NCBI RefSeq assembly: GCF_009914755.1
Contig: NC_060928.1
Reading direction: 5' to 3' (one strand)
Origin: the human T2T-CHM13v2.0 reference genome, Homo sapiens
Length of the DNA: 64,000 nucleotides
Shown here: positions 30,964 to 46,484 of the stretch, in pieces
Position numbering within the stretch: position 1 is the first letter of the stretch
Layout of the letters: every line of letters starts with the position of its first letter
Notes under the pieces: model-generated
What the model saw: only the letters and a program-made list of their open reading frames with translations
What the model was told of the DNA's origin: nothing
Database searches by the model: none
Position numbers and translations under genes: made by a program

Positions 30964-33025
30964 TTTGTTTGTTTTGTTTTATTATATTTTAAGTTCTGGG
31001 GTACATGTGCATAATGTGCAGGGTTGTTACATAGGTATACATGTGCCATGGTGGTTTGCTGCACCCATCGACCCATCATCTACCTTAGGTATCTCTCCTG
31101 CTATCCCTCCCCTAGTCCCCCACCCCCCGACAGGCCCCAGTGTGTGATGTTCCCCTCCCTGTGTCCACGTGTTCTCATTGTTCAACTCTGACTTAAGAGT
31201 GAGAACATGCAGTGTTTGGTTTTCTGTCTTGAGTTTGCTGAGAATGATGGCTTCCAGCTCCATCCATGTCCCTGCAAAGGACATGAATTCATCCTTTTTT
31301 AAGGCTGCATAGTATTCCATGGTGTATATGTGCCACATTTTCTTTATCCAGTCTATCCTTGATGGGCATTTCGGTTGGTTCCAAGTCTTTACTATTGTAA
31401 ATAGTGCTGCAACAAATATATGTGTGCATGTGTCTTTATAGTAGAATGATTTATAACCCTTTGGGTATATGCCCAGTGATGGGATTGCTGGGTCAAATGA
31501 TATTTCTGGTTCTAGATCCTTGAGGAATCGCCACACCGTCTTCCACACTGGTTGAACTAATTTACACTCCCAGCAACAGTGTAAAAGTGTTCCTATTTCT
31601 CCACATCCTCTCCAGCATCTGTTGTTTCCTGACTTTTTAATGATTGCCATTCTAATGAGATGGTATCTCATTGTGGTTTTGATTTGCATTTTTCTAATGA
31701 CCAGTGATGATGAGCTTTTTTTCATATGTTTGTTGGTTGCATAAATGTCTTCTTTTGAGAAATGTTTGTTCATATCTTTCTCTCCCACTTTTTGATGGGG
31801 TTGTTTGTTTTTTTCTTGTAAATTTGTTTAAGTTCTTTGTAGATTCTGAATATTAGACCTTTGTCAGATGGATAGACTGCAAAAATGTTCTCCCATTCTG
31901 TAGGTTGCCTGTTCACTGTAATGATAGTTTCTTTTGCTATGCAGAAGCTCTTTAGGTTGATTAGATCCCATTTGTGTATTTTGGCTTTTGTTGCCATTGC
32001 TTTTGGTGTTTTAGTCATGAAGTCTTTGCCCATGCCTATGTCCAGAATGGTATTGCCTAGGTTTTCTTCCATGGTTTTTATGGTTTTAGGTCTTACTTTT
32101 AAGTCTTTAATCCATCTTGAGTTAATTTTTGTATAAAGTGTAAGGAAGGGATCCAGTTTCTATTTTCTGCGTATGGCTAGCCAGTTTTCCCAGCACCATT
32201 TATTAAATAGGGAATCCTTTGCCCATTGCTTGTTTTTGTCAGGTTTGTCAAAGATCAGATGGTTGTAGATGTGTGGTGTTATTTCTGAGGCCTCTGCTCT
32301 GTTCCATTGGTCTATATATCTGTTTTGGCACCAGTACCATGCTGTTTTGGTTACTGTAGCCTTGTAATATAGTTTGAAGTCAAGTAGTGTGATGCCTCCA
32401 GCTTTGTTCTTTTTGCTTAGGATTGTCTTGGCTATGTGGGCTCTTTTTTGGTTGCATGTGAAATTTAAAGTAGTTTTTTCTAATTCTGTGAAGAAAGTCC
32501 ATGGTAGCTTGAAGGGGATAGCATTGAATCTATAAATTACTTGGGCAGTATGGCCATTTTCACAATATTGATTCTTCCTATCCATGAGCATGGAATGTTC
32601 TTCCATTTGTTTGTGTCCTCTCTTATTCCCTTGGGCAGTGGTTTGTAGTTCTCCTTGAAGAGGTTCTTCACATTCCTTGTAAGTTGTACTCCTAGGTATT
32701 TTATTCTCTTTGTAGCAATTGTGAGAGGGAGTTCACTCATGATTTGGCTCTCTGTTTGTCTATTATTGGTGTATAGGAATGCTTGTGATTTTCTCACATT
32801 GATTTTGTATCCTGAGACTTTGCTGAAGTTGTTTATCAGCTTAAGGAGATTTTGGGCTGAGATGATGGGGTTTTCTAAATATACAATCATGTCATCTGCA
32901 AACAGAGACAATTTGACTTCCTCTCTTCCTATCTGAATACCCTTTATTTCTTTCTCTTGCCTGATTGCCCTGGCTAGAACTTCCAATACTACATTGAATA
33001 GGAGTGGTAAGAGAGGGAATCCTTG
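30964..33025 (-). mobile_element. 5'-truncated L1PA (L1PA6/7-like 3'UTR)
   Basis: ORF2 peptides 31027-32986 incl. FADDM RT motif; TSD acWtgcttagttt at 30951-30963 and 33026-33038. Confidence 0.93.
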
Positions 33026-34258
33026 ACATGCTTAGTTTATACTACCAGTAGGTCTCCCTGAACTCCCATGCATGTGCATCTGCTAGAATTCTGTGCCTCT
33101 GGAGCACTGCAAAAGCTGTGCGCTAATAGATTGGTGAGGCTATGTGCTAATGGATTCTCTAGGGCCAAAAGAGATTTTAAAATATTTTATTTCAGATCCA
33201 TCTATATGCTGCCTTTCAAGAAACTCACTTCTTGACTTTAGGGACACACATGGGCTAAAAGTGAAGGGCTGGAAAAAGACATTCTATGCAAATTGTAATC
33301 AGAAGAGAGAATGGATGGCTGTACATCAGACAAAATAGGCTCTACATCAAAAACTGTCGCAAGAGACAAGAGGGTCATTATATAATTATAAAAGTATCCT
33401 CTTATCAAGAGGATATAACAATTACAAATATTTATGCACCAAATATCAGAGCACCTAAATATATAAAGCAAATATTAATGTAACTGAAAGGAGATATAGA
33501 CAGCAATGCAATAATGGTAGGGGACTTTAGTACCTCACTTTCATGAACAAACTATAGACCAAATGGACCTAACAGACATATTCAGAACATTCCATCCAGT
33601 AGCAGTAGAATACACATTCTTTTCAGACACCCACAGAGCATCCTCCAAGATAGATCATATGTTAGGCCACAAAACAAGTCTTAACAAATTTAATAAGACA
33701 AATAATATCAAGTACCTTTTATGACCACAACAGTATGAAACTAGAAATCAATACCAGGAGGAAAATTAGGAAATTCACAAATATGTGGAAATTAAACAAT
33801 GCACTCTTAAACAACCAATGGATCAAAGAAGAAATCAAAATGGACATAAATATCTTGAGGAAAATGGAAATATACAGATATCAAAACTTATGGAATGCAG
33901 CTAAAGCAAATCTAAGAGGGAAGTTTATAGTAATAAACACCTACATTCAGAAAAAAAGAAAGATCTCTAATGAACAACCTAACTTTACACCTAAGCCCAA
34001 AGTTAGCAGAAGGAAGAAAATAAAGATTAGAACAGAAATAAATGAAATAGATACTAGAAGAACAAAAGAAAATATCAACAAAACTGAGATAATAAAAACA
34101 GAGAAAAGACTCACATAAATAAAATTATAGATAAGGGAGATATAACAACTGATATCACAGAAATACAAAGGATCATAAGAGACTACTATGAAAATTATAT
34201 TCCAACAAGTTGGATAACCTAAAAGAAATGAAGAAATTCCTAGAAACATACAGCTGAC

Positions 34259-34670
34259 TATCTTAGTTTGTTTTCTGTTGTTTATAATAGAATATCTGAA
34301 ACTGGGTAATTTAGAAAGAATAGGAATTTATTTTCTACCATTATGGAGGCTGAGAAGTCCAGGATCAAGGGGGTGCATCTGATGAAAGTCTCCATGGTGG
34401 GGACTCTGCAGAATTCTGAAGCAGTACAGCGCATCACATGACCAGGGTGCTGAGCATGCTAGGTCCAATCTCTCTTCTTCTTATAAAGCCACCAGTCCCA
34501 CTCCCATGATAACCCATTAATCCATTAACCCATTAGTAGATTAATCCATTCACAAAGACAGAGTCCTCATCATCCAATCACTTTTTTAAGGCCCAGCCTC
34601 TTAATACTGCCACACTGGGGATAAAGTTTCAACATGAGTTTTGAAAGAGACAAATATTGAAACCATAGCA
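34259..34670 (-). mobile_element. MaLR solo LTR (MST family) nested in L1M
   Basis: tcttagtttgttttctgttg...ctgggtaattta...ggaggctgagaagtcc...tttcaacatgagtttt...aaccatagca. Confidence 0.8.
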
Positions 34671-34999
34671 CCTACAAAGACTGACTCATGAAGAAACAGA
34701 AAATCTGAACAGACCATACTAAGTAAGGACTTTAAGTCAGTGATTAAAAACTTCCCAACAAAGAAAAGCCAAGGACCTGATGGCTTCACTGGTGAATTCT
34801 GCCAAATATTTAAGGAAAATTAAACCAATCCTTATCAAACTCTTCCCAAAAAATTGAAGAAGAAAGAGCACTTCCAAAGTCACTATGAGGCCAACATTAC
34901 CCTGATAGCAAAGCCAGACAAAGACACTACAAGAAAAAAAAATATGAAAGAATATCCCTGATAAACATAGATGCAAAAATCCTCAACAAAATACTGACA

Positions 35000-36490
<1,491 letters not shown>

Positions 36491-37233
36491 AAAAATACTA
36501 GCAAACCAAATACAAAAGCACATTAAAAGGATCATACACCATGATCAAATAGGCTTTATCTCAGGGATACAAGGATGGTTCAATATATGCAAGCTGGTAA
36601 ATATAATACACCACATTCACAGAATGAAGGATAAAAATCATATAATCATCTCACTAGATACAGAAAAAGCATTTGATAAAATTCAACATTATTTCATGAT
36701 TTTCAAATCTTGTAAAAAAATTAGTGATAGAAGGAATGCAACTCAATATAATAATGACCATATATGACAAGCCCTCAGCTAACATCATACTCAACAGTGA
36801 GCAACAGAAAGCTTTTCCTCTAAGATCAGAAACAAGACAAAAATACCAACTCTTGCCACTTCTATTCAACATAGTACTGTAAGTCCTAGACAGAACAATT
36901 AGGCAAGAAAAAGAAATGAAAGGCATCCAAATTAGAAAGAAAGAGGTAAAATTGTCTTTGTTTGCAGATGGCATGATCTTATATATAGGAAAGTCTAAAG
37001 ACTCCACTAAAAAGCAGTTTGAAATAATAAATTTAAAGTTGTAAAATATGAAACCAATATACAAGTCAGAACATGTATATAAACAAACAACAAACTATCC
37101 AAAAGAGAAATGATGAAATCAATCCGATTTACAGTAGCATCAAAAAATAAAATACTTAGAAATAAATTCAGCCAAGGAGGTAAAAAAAGAAGTGCACACT
37201 GAAAAGTACAAAACATTGATGAAAGAAATTGAA

Positions 37234-37550
37234 GGCCAGGTGCAGTGGCTCACGTCTGTAATCCCAGCACTTTGGTAGGCTGAGGCGGGCAGATAACCTG
37301 AGATCAGGAGTTCAAGACCAGGCTGGCCAACATGGTGAGACTCCCGTCTCTACTAAAAATACAAAAAAATTAGCTGGGCATGGTGGCACACGCCTGTAAT
37401 CCCAACTACTCAGGAGGCTGAGGCAGGAGAATTGCTTGAACCTGGGAGGCAGAGGTTGCAAGGTTGCAGTGAACCGAGATAGTGCCACTGCACTCCAGCC
37501 TGGGCGAAAGAGTGAGACTCTGTCTCAAAAAAAAAAAAGAAAAAAGAAAG
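37234..37550 (+). mobile_element. AluS
   Basis: Full dimer with internal duplication aggttgca x2; TSD aaagaaRttgaa. Confidence 0.92.
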
Positions 37551-38245
37551 AAAGAAGTTGAAGAAGATGCAAATAAATAGATATTCTGTGTTCGTTGATT
37601 AGAGGATTAGAAAAATCAGTATTGTTAAAATGTTCATACTGCTGAAAGCAATCTACAAATTCAGTGCAATCCCTATCAAAATTCTAGTGGCATTTTTCAT
37701 AGAAATAGAACAATCCTAAAATTCTTATGGAACCACCAAAGGCCCTGAATAGCAAAAGCAACCTTGAACAAGAGGAACAGAGTTGGAGGCATCACATTTT
37801 CTGATTTCAAATTATATTACAAAGTTATAGTAATCAAAATAGTATGGTACTGGCATAAAAACAGATACATATATCAGTGAAACAGAATAGAGAGCTCAGA
37901 GAAAAACCCAAGCATATATAGTCAACTAACTTTTGACAAGGGCATCAAGACTACAAAACAAAGAAAGGATAGTCTCTTCAATAATTGGTGTTGAGGAAAC
38001 TAAACATTCACCTGCAAAAGAAATGAAATTGGACGTATATTAGACCATATACAAAATGGGTTAGAGACTTAATCATAAGACATAAAACTGTAAAACTTCT
38101 ACAAGAAAACATAGGGGAAAGTGCTTTGATATTGGTCTTGGCAATGATAATTTGGGGTATGACACTAAAAGCACCAACAAAAGCAAAAATAAACAAGTAA
38201 GACTACATCAAACTAAAAACCCTTTTCACATAAAGGATATAATGA

Positions 38246-38449
38246 CATGGACACAGGAAGGGGAACATCACACTCTGGGGACTGTTGTGGGGTGGGGGGA
38301 GGGGGGAGGCATAGCACTGGGAGATATACCTAATGCTAGATGACGAGTTAGTGGGTGCAGCGCACCAGCATGGCACATGTATACATATGTAACTAACCTG
38401 CACATTGTGCACATGTACCCTAAAACTTAAAGTATAATAATAATTAAAA
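38246..38449 (+). mobile_element. Short young L1PA 3' end (L1PA2/3-like)
   Basis: catggacacaggaaggggaacatcacac...aacttaaagtataataataa; TSD aaaggaWataatga at 38232-38245 and 38450-38463. Confidence 0.92.
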
Positions 38450-39116
38450 AAAGGAAATAATGAATGAAATGAAAAGGCAACTTACAGAATGGGAGAAAAT
38501 ATTTATAAACGGTATACCTGAATGGGAGATAATATCCAAAACATATAAGAAACTCAAACAACTCAATATCAAGAAAACAATAACTAAATATAAAAAGAGG
38601 GTAAAGAACTTGAATAGACATTTCTCAAAAGGATACACACAAATGGTCAACAGGGATATTAAAAAGTATTCAACATCACTAATCATCAGGTAAATGCAAA
38701 TCAAGGCCACAATGAGATACCACATCACGCTTGTTAAGATGGCTATCATTAAAAAAAAAAAAAGGAAACAAAGATGCATGTTGAAGAGTATGTGAAGGAA
38801 AGGGAACACTGACACACTGTTGGTGGAAATGTAAATTGGCACAGCCATTACAAAAAAACAGTATGGAGGTTCCCTAAAACTTTTTAAATAGAACTACCAT
38901 ATGATCCAGCAATCCCACTTCTGGATATTTATACAAAAGAAATGAAATCAGTATGTAGAAGAGATACCTGAACTCCCATATTCATCGCAGTATCATTCAC
39001 AAATAGCCAAGATATGAAAACAACCTAAATGTCTATTGGCAAATGAATGAATAGAGAAAATATGGACTATACATGTAATGGAATATTATTCAGCCTTAAA
39101 AAAGAAGAAAGTCTTA

Positions 39117-39406
39117 TTTGGGAGGCGAGGTGGACAGATCACTTGAGGTCAGGAGTTCGAGACCAGCCTGGCCAACATGGCAAAACCCCATCTGTACTAA
39201 AAATACCAAAAAAAAAAAAAAATTAGCTGAGCATGGTGATGAACTCCTATAATCCCAGCTATTTGGAAGGCTGAGGCACAAGAATCACTTGAACCCAGCA
39301 GGCAGAGGTTGCAGTGAGCCAGTGAGCCGAGATCATGCCACAGCACTCCAGCCTAGGCAACAGAGCAAGACTCTGCCTTAAAAAAAAAAAAGAAAAAAGA
39401 AAAAAA
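39117..39406 (+). mobile_element. AluS, 5'-truncated
   Basis: Begins at tttgggagg; duplication agtgagcc x2; A tail. Confidence 0.9.
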
Positions 39407-42015
39407 ATCCTGCCATTTGCTATCACGTGGATAGAACTAGAGGACATTATGCTAAGTGAAATAAACCAAACACAGAAAGACAAATACTGTAAAACTTTAC
39501 TTATATGTTGAATCTAAAATAAGCAAACTCATAGAGGCAGAGAGTAGAATGGTAGTTGCCAGGGGCTAAAGGTGGGGGAAATGGAGAGGTGATGGCCAAA
39601 GATTACAACGTTTCGGTTATGCAAGATAAGTTCTGGAGATTTAATGTGCAGCATGGCAACTATAGCTAACAATACTGTACTGTATACTTAAAATTTTCTA
39701 AGAGGTTCTTAAGTGTTATTACCGCAAGAATAATAATAATAATAATTAATAATTATTATAACAATAACAAGGGGATAGGAGAAAACTTTAGGAGGTGTTG
39801 GATATGCCTTTGGACATGATGGTGGTGATGGTTTCATGGGTATATATTTATCCTCAAACTCATGGAGTTGTATACACTAAGTATGTACAGCTTTTTACGT
39901 GTCAATCACACCTCAATAAAGTGATTTAAAAATATATATTTGCTCTTCAGATTTAAAAAGGCAGTTAATTCTCCTGATCAGCAGTTTATTTTAACCCTAA
40001 AAAGATACGTGGAATATTTTCAAGGCAATGGATATAGAAGATTTTAATTTGTATCTCAAACTGAAATTTCATGCTATACCATAGATATTTGCCAATTCAG
40101 ATTATTGGAATTGCGTATTTTTTAAAAAAAAACCATACCAGTACCTTGGCATGAAGTATTAGGCAGAGAGAGTCAGAGCATAACCAAGCGTAGTGCCGCA
40201 GAGTCCCATAGCAACACCATTCAAGCCCACACTTGCAGGTGGGCGAGACCACTCATCTGTGTCCTCCTCTGATCTTGCCTGGTTCTTGCATTGGTGGAAT
40301 GAGCCTGCTAACGAGCACACCCATCACTGCCCCTGAGAACCACTAGGATAAGTGAGGAAGGATATTCAGAACACTGCCTCATTACTGCTTAGATTTCTCC
40401 TTCCAGCCAGTCAGCACCGAAACCAGTTTAATGTCTGCACATTAAAAAAAAGGCAGAGTGAAATGCTCTCCTCGGCTTCTCCCCACCTCCACCTTGTCCT
40501 AAAGAGTAACTAAGCCTTTCTGTTCTCCACCTCAACTTGATTAGGGGAGGGAGAAAAATTACTTCATTGTGTTTTAGAAACTTCTCTTAAAAAAAAAAAA
40601 AATGCCTAGGCCAATCCAGAAATTGCTGGAGCTCCGCATGCTGACGCTAACAATCATGTAGCAAAAATCAGTAGCAGTGGTAGCTCTGTTAACTACCATG
40701 AACATCCAGGACCATACAATGAAAGGAAGAATAAAGCCAAGTGAATGTGGATGGACAGAGAACCAGATTTAATTTAATTTGGAAAAATCAAGGAATATAA
40801 CATTTCTTGCATTTGTCTCATAACCACTTCTTACCTAAGGTTAAAAAAAAAAAACTACCTCAGTTTATTTGTTCTTACCTTTTCAAAGTAAACAATTTCA
40901 ACTTAAATTCCGTGTCACACAATTTCTTTTAACTGCAAAATTCTGAATCCTTTTTTAAATAACATAGGGAAATATTTAACTTAAAGTTCAGAGCTCAGAA
41001 AAGACGATCCTCCTTATACACTAGATATTCTTAACTAGTCCTTCTATAATTTGCTTCTAAACAAAGAAAATCTGTTCAGCTGGTAACCACAGTCTATTGA
41101 AACAATTGAAATAACTTTCAATAGTTAAGTAGAAGGTATACATTAACTTAGAGCTTCTTTAAGAACTATGTGTATTTCCGGATTAAAGTAGTTTATATAA
41201 ACTAGTTCAGTTAACTATTTTACCAGGACACAATATGGCATTCTGCAAAATTCATTACTCCTATAACTATAAAGTCCTGTTCAAGAGACTTTCACAATTA
41301 TATTTGCTTCACACATTAAAATGAGAATGTAATCTAATAATAAGTGTTGATTTGGAGTTAAAGATGTAATAGGCCCAGGTTTGGTCCCAACAATGGAGCT
41401 TGGCTTTAGGACTTCCCAGCGCCACTTTCTAAAATCACTGGTCCTCAACTATTCTATTTAAAATAGACCTGCTTGTTCCCACTCAAAATAGACAATGCAA
41501 AAACACATATTTTCTTCTTCTACACATACATATTTTCCTCCATTGCTCCCTGTGTTACTGGTTTAAGACAACATTTATTCTTAAAATTACTTCACCAATT
41601 CCTAGGATATGTTTTCCCACAATAAACAGTTAAAAAGATAAAACAGTCTTAATTTTGGGTCACTGATTCATCTTCTTCTAGACCATGCTGATTTCTTTTT
41701 AGCATCTGGCACATGACCCAGCGATAATTTTTAACGACTTTCAAAATACATTTTTCTGGAAATCAAATAAATACATTTTTCCCCTAAAGCCCCCTTGCAT
41801 TACTATTGTGGTTTGTCCTCCAAAGTGCAACTTCAAAGGCCACTGTAGGAGGAACTCTCATTGTTTTTGTCTGATGATCAGTACTGATGGTTATTCTTTA
41901 GCAACTTGGATTTAGCCACTTAAAGAAGGAGCGAGATCTATGCCTGAAGACAAACATTCTTTATTATTTTTTCATCTCATAAATGAGATAAGAAAGATCT
42001 CAACTCCTTCTAGAG

Positions 42016-42175
42016 CAGTGGTTCCCAAACTTGAACGTGTATGAGAATCATCTAGAGGGCTTGTTAAACCATGTGTCCCTGGGCCCACTCTAGGGTTTTG
42101 CTTCAGCCCCTGGAGTTGCAGCCTGAGAATCTGTATTTCTGATCAGTTCCCAGGACCACACCATGAGAACCACTG
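42016..42175. mobile_element. MER5A MITE
   Basis: TIRs cagtggttc...gaaccactg; 8-bp NTCTAGAN target duplication ttctagag/gtctagac. Confidence 0.85.
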
Positions 42176-45124
42176 GTCTAGACTATCTGAGTGGTCCAAT
42201 CAAAAAAACCAAAATTTTTACAAAAACAACTTTTAAATCACTATTAGAAAAAATTAAGACATTCATACTTCTAGCTCTAAAATTTATCTTATCAGAACCT
42301 CATAATGTTTCTTAGAGGAATTTTAGTAAACAATAGTATTATATTCATTTTTTAAATGTCAAAAATTTGTCTAACATCATTACACTGAATCTGTTTTTGC
42401 CTTCATATTGGGAAGTTTAAGCACAACTATTTTTTATTTTAGCTTGTAGACAATTTTCCAAAGAACATATGTGGTTTTCTTTTTAGAATAACATATGATT
42501 AAAGACACTGTTTTACCTTTAAAAAGCAACTGAATTAAAATTTACTTCACATATGTTTATAGATTTTCCAAAAATTCCAAGGCAAACTCAAACTGCATAG
42601 AAAGTTAATTTTTTCTAAATTCATCCATGAGTATATGGGTATGGTTTACTATCACTTATGCATACCTCTTATTAGAATAAGAGCACATTCTAAAAAATTT
42701 CCAATTGGCACCATTTATTATATCACCATTTATGTGATAATCTAATAAATAGCATCTAATGAAAAATACATTTACCTTGGAAAACTATACACATACTATA
42801 TGAGAGAATAATTAAGATGATGATTGCAATAAAAACAGTACTGTACATTAGTTTCCTAAATGTTATGGTATAAATTAATGTCCAAAGGAAATACTTTTCA
42901 TTCATCAAAGATTTGAAACTACAAATTATTAAACATGTGTGCTAAGAAGCTATTTGTAACTGATTTTAGGCTCTGTGTATTTTTATGTTCATTGAAGCAC
43001 TTTTTTAAAAGAACAACACGTGCTTGTTTACCACCACTCGCTGTTCAACTCTCTGAAAACTAGCTCCTCTGCTGCATACTGACTAGTACAGATAAAGACA
43101 ATTCTGTTGTAACAAGATTACTTTTTAGGACTTTAGGGTTTTTTTTCTTATTGTTTATTTAATGTTGAAGCATAGTTTTAATAACAACCCTGATCAGAAA
43201 CTCATTTTAATGATGCTAGGAGTACTAATTCTCCCAGCCTTTCAGAAGGATGTAAATTACTACTGTGGTGTGGAGACTTGGGAAGCATTTGGGCACAATG
43301 AACAAACATGAGAAAATTGCTGGAGGTAAAGAATAGCTACTGTTTACTGGACAGAAGGGAAAAAATGGCGAATCCAATAATGGTCATGATGGAGATGCAA
43401 GTAAATAGAGTTTGCCATCAATTGACTAATTTGACAAAGTGCACCTAGATTCATCATCTTTCCAACTCTGCTCTTTCTAATCTTTTAATGCATCACCATC
43501 ATCCAAGGCTCCTTTCTTCTAGGACAATAACTGGGCATCCAGAACAGTACCAGCATAATACCCAGTACAATACCAGACAATGTCTAAAGTATCCCATCAG
43601 CTGGTTAAAATAGTCTCAAACACAGTGGTCTGGCACATGAAATCAGCCCATTTAGCAGCCACTTCTAGAGACCCATCCTCCTCCCACCTGCCCTTCTTTT
43701 CCCTTTATTGCTCAATAATGTCCAATAGTCTTCTAAGCTTTTGTTAAGTCCCTGTTGATTCTTGGTGTTTCTGATTTTTACTGCCCTGATTCTGCTTGTC
43801 TTTATTCTATGGTTCAGCCCTTTGTACCATGACTGAAGCTGCTATGTCCTCCTCACCAACTCCCTTTGGTTCCAACACTTACACACATCTTACAATATTT
43901 CACCCAGAAAATGTTTTCTTATGTACCCTTAAAGCAGATCTGGTAAGATATTTGACCCTAACAAATATGTGACTATTGAATATATTTATAGATGGGCAAG
44001 TTGTGGAGAAAACCCAGCTTCCTATTTCACAAGGTGAACAGGAAGCAGTAAACATGATAGGAATGAGGAACTACCAAAACCTATCTCCACTTGGTTCTTA
44101 CAACTAGACCCAATTATGTATTGTGTTTAGTTAGTCTCTGGAAAATACAATCACCGAGAAATTCCCTGTAACTATTGCATGACATGTAAACATGACCAAT
44201 AGTCAGTTAACCGGGGAAATCATTTAGAAATTCCAGGAACTCCAATTTGAACTCCAGTAATTCTAAAGGAAGATTAAATGAGAAAAAGGAGACACATTTT
44301 TGTTTTCACAACTAGGATTTCTTATTCTGACACCTTTTTATTTCAGTAGCACAGCCTGAAGAGTGTTATCTCACCAGGAGGAAAGTAAGATGACAAAATT
44401 GATCTGTCTTCACAAAGCAAAATTATAAACTTAATTACATAATTATTTTTTAATATGTGCATTTATGACTATTGTGATAATAGCAGTTACATTTCATGTT
44501 CTTCACAAGCTTCACATATACCAGTTCATAAAGCCTAACAATATTCTCATTCAACATACAATAGTTAATGACCCATTCGCTTGCCATTTGTCTTTTCCTC
44601 TGCCAATCTTTATTTTTCTCAGTACTTACCCATCCTGTTACCCAAAAGAGGCATATTCTGCAATATTCACTTTAGATGTAGCCAGTTCAAATCAATGCAA
44701 AGGAAGGATCTTCCAGAGTGTAGACAAAGGGCCATAATAAAAGATGAATTGGGCAGCCCCTGCTAGGGAACAGTCTCTGGGCCTAATTAAGGAATATTTC
44801 CTATCCTCAGGTTAAGGAGCCTTACCTTGTTCTACCCAGCAGGATTTGCTAGCCTTCTCCTTTCTAATCAGAATGTTATTACAGTTATTTGTAACTCTTA
44901 TAGCTGCTCCAAATTGTGCTGTGAAACATAGATCAGGGCAGATAGCTTATCTTTTTAGTTCACAGATATTAAATCAAGAGAATCCACATCTAGATGTCAT
45001 GTAGGAGCCACCTACTATGCATCACCCAGAAATCCCGAAGTGTGAGCTTGACACCGTGACTAGGTGTAACTTCTAGAATGTCTCTCTTGAAAAAGAGGTT
45101 AGTGTATTATGCCTAGAGATCAGA

Positions 45125-45503
45125 AAGGCAGACTGAAGTTATCCTTAGTAATGTTCATCAAAATACTTCTAGCTCTCCTCCTTCCAGGCTCAGGGATGGA
45201 TTGTCCTTTCCCTATCACTTTGAAGTTAGGCCAATGAAATGTAAACAGACATGCTGTGGGTCCCTTCCAGATAGAATTCACCGTGTTTCCTGTGTCCTGC
45301 CTTGATAGTCATGGATGTGTGTGTCAATATAGAATTTCCATCAGCCTGGTGCCTGAGAGACTATGGTGATCAGAGCCCTCCACTGACTTGTGATAACCAT
45401 GATGGTCATGTAAAATGAGAAATAAATTTCTGTTGACTTAAGCAACTAAGGTTCTGTGGTTGTTGTATTTTTTCCACAGATCATCTAACCTATGCTGACT
45501 GAT
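45125..45503 (+). mobile_element. Old MaLR LTR (MLT1I/J-like)
   Basis: cactttgaagttaggccaatgaaatgt...tccatcagcctgg..cctgag...atgagaaataaatttctgttg..ttaagc...ctaacctatgctgactgata. Confidence 0.7.
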
Positions 45504-46031
45504 AAGCCTTCTAAAAGCAAAAGGAAGAAAACAGCTTTGTTAATCGAGGCCTCTTCTGCAAAGTTCACCATAGGTAAGAAAATATTTCTCATAGCATTGC
45601 AAATCTGCACCCAAATCTATACCCAAATCAAAAGTTAGTGCTACCTGGAAGGAGCCAAAGAAATGAGGAAACCCTGACTTCCCAGTCTTTATCCAATATG
45701 CCCCACAGGGCAACCTTGGAATTATAGAGGTAACAAGCCCCTGTTCCTCAAGTGTCAATCCCTGGAATGTGGCAGATTAGCTCTGCACATGAAACCATCT
45801 ATTATTCCCCTTGTCTTGAAGCAGAAGCCAAGATAGCAGCCTTTAAACTAAGGCTTAGGGCCTCCAACAGATGCTAACAGGGAGACATACAAAGGCAGTA
45901 CCTAGATTCGTTGACCATGACCCAAAACATTGGTTAACAGCTAACAGAATGCATTCTGTTTGAAGCTACTGTGTCCTACCACGATTTTAAAGGACTTGTG
46001 CTATCAGAGAGACCCTGAGCCTGGACTAGAT

Positions 46032-46385
46032 CAGTGGTTCCCAAATCATGGTCCACAGACAGCGTCTATGGGACTTTTTACTCATCTGCAATGAAATGAG
46101 AAAAATAAGGACAATTTAGTCATTTTTAGTGAAACTAAATATATTCTATGTAGAGGACTGTGTTTGAACATTATAGCTTTCCTAATTTTGTGATATTAAA
46201 ATGTCTTTACATTTATCAAATGATGGTAAAAGATAAATGGTAGGGCCTTTATTGTTGCTATTACTGTTTTTATTTGACAAAATTAAGTTTGGTAACCTTA
46301 TGTTGTCCCCATTGTTTTTATTAAAATTTGACTTAATTATGGAAACTATTATTTTTACACGACCATCAGGTTTAAAAACTACTGA
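46032..46385. mobile_element. hAT-Charlie-type DNA element fragment
   Basis: cagtggttcccaaa...ggtccacagac ... ggtttaaaaactactg terminal inverted repeats. Confidence 0.55.
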
Positions 46386-46484
46386 AGCTCTATAAATCTT
46401 TATATGTAGGACACACTATGGTTATGTTTAATATGATAAAGTGTAACATGATGGAATCTTGAAACCTCTTGCCCCATCCTCTAG

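Larger units (their letters stand above)
29964..33170. mobile_element. MER45-family (hAT-Tip100) DNA element, probably split by two L1 insertions
   Basis: Starts cagggcaagctacataatttacagggtcaagcgcaaaatgaaaatttggg, a MER45-type terminus; right boundary inferred. Confidence 0.5.
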
